A stretch of 64,000 bases of DNA. It comes from Amoebidium appalachense. Taxonomy: Eukaryota; Protista; Ichthyosporea. Shown here in pieces: positions 62,466-64,000 of this stretch. Positions within the stretch are counted from its first letter, which is position 1. Every line of letters begins with the position of its first letter. Both the position numbers and the translations under genes were made by a program. Location: positions 5,289,921 to 5,353,920 of the forward strand of contig CAVNZM010000011.1 of assembly GCA_963693365.1 (NCBI GenBank). Reading direction: 5' to 3'. The notes under the pieces are model-generated. The model ran no database searches. It saw nothing but the letters and a program-made list of their open reading frames with translations, and was not told the DNA's origin.

Positions 62466-62874
62466 ACACACACACCGTGTACACACTCATCAGATTCTTC
62501 CGGCCCTCTATGATGTTATGGAAAAAAAAAAATGTTGTACTATATGATCAGCTGTAGCTGTCGCCGTAATGGTGCCACGTCACGGTGAGCCTGTCGAAAC
62601 CCCCCTCCCCCCCCCCCCCCTTCTCCCTCCCCCCCCCCCCCCCCCCCCCCACCCCACCCCCCCCCCTTCCCCCCCTTCTCTCTCCCTTCAAGTTCTCCCC
62701 GCCCTTCACCGTCTTGTCATAGGGAATTTTTGCACCGGGGAATTTTGCACTGACTTTGGTACCATGATTCAGGGAATTTTTGCACCGGTCGTCCCCCTCC
62801 GATCCCCCCCCCCCCCCCCTCCCCCCCCCCTCCCCCCCCCCCTCCCCCTTGCCCCCTCACTCCCAAAATTTCCG

Positions 62875-62875
<1 letters not shown>

Positions 62876-62925
<50 letters not shown>

Positions 62926-62934
62926 ACACACCGT

Positions 62935-62996
<62 letters not shown>

Positions 62997-63025
62997 GTGA
63001 CACACACACACACACACACACAGTG

Positions 63026-63102
<77 letters not shown>

Positions 63103-63128
63103 ACACACACACATACACACACACAGTG

Positions 63129-63203
<75 letters not shown>

Positions 63204-63512
63204 GTGACACACACACACACATGTACACATGTACACACACACACACACGCACACACACACACAGTATACACGTGTACATAAACTTTCTGCTGAATTACAT
63301 CATAGACTCATTCATTCATTGTATCCGATTACTATGATCATACTTTATGTGATCCCAGATGTCGGAATATCATATGTTCAGCCAATATCGACAACATCTA
63401 TCAGTGGTTGGTCAATTACACATCAAGGGAAATCCCTTGATATGTATATGAGTATCAGTGTGTGTGCGTGTGTGAGCCACACAGTGTATGTGCGTGTACA
63501 TGTGTGTGTGTG

Positions 63513-63556
<44 letters not shown>

Positions 63557-63599
63557 ACGGGTGTGTGTACATGTGTGTGTGTGTGTATGTGTGTGCGTG

Positions 63600-63656
<57 letters not shown>

Positions 63657-63714
63657 ACGGTGTGTGTGTGTACATGTGTGTGTGTGTGTCACACGGTGTG
63701 TGTATGTGTGTGTG

Positions 63715-63780
<66 letters not shown>

Positions 63781-63790
63781 ACGGTGTATC
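62876..63790. repeat. Inverted compound microsatellite: (CA)n punctuated by CCGTGA facing (TG)n punctuated by TCACGG
   Basis: The arms (about 62876-63280 and 63455-63790) carry reverse-complementary motifs around a ~175-bp unique spacer. Confidence 0.8.
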
Positions 63791-64000
63791 TGCGTGTCTG
63801 TGTCTTCCATGTGATTCCTTCCATGTTATTCCCTCCGATTGGTCCCTCCACCGCTAATTGCCGATTCTTTCACCAGAGGTAGTGATTCACAATTCTTCAG
63901 ATATCGGGCATCACTGAGGCAATGGTATATACGTAAACACACGACGTCTGTAAACGACTGTGTTGCCAACAGCACGTACTTCCGTGAATAGCAAAATGTT

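Overview
Eukaryotic, intron-rich genomic DNA dominated by poly-C/poly-G, (CA)n/(TG)n and (CT)n tracts; most ORFs in the supplied track are low-complexity artefacts. The gene content (class Iα DAHP synthase, PAQR, Pcl-type cyclin) suggests a non-animal opisthokont such as an ichthyosporean or early-diverging fungus (inference). Supported genes: a 9-exon PAQR/AdipoR-family gene (6877-16478, +), a 10-exon DAHP synthase (33270-43956, +) with a tRNA-Asn(GUU) in intron 8, an inverted pair of near-identical secreted Trp/Cys-rich proteins (24397-25068 +, 29022-29699 -), an intronless frameshifted F-box/ankyrin-like pseudogene (49891-52986, -) and an intronless Pcl/Pho80-like cyclin (56079-57254, -). 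Mobile DNA: a 5'-truncated non-LTR RT element (18413-21198), a Penelope-like RT C-terminal fragment inserted in frame just after a PAQR splice donor, a hAT-like MITE with an 8-bp TSD, and a CACTATG-TIR element. The most notable signal is about 12 variably 5'-truncated copies of a repeat that always ends at a poly-C tract. It carries a ~160-nt RNA domain with compensatory base changes and a pseudoknot but no canonical hammerhead core.
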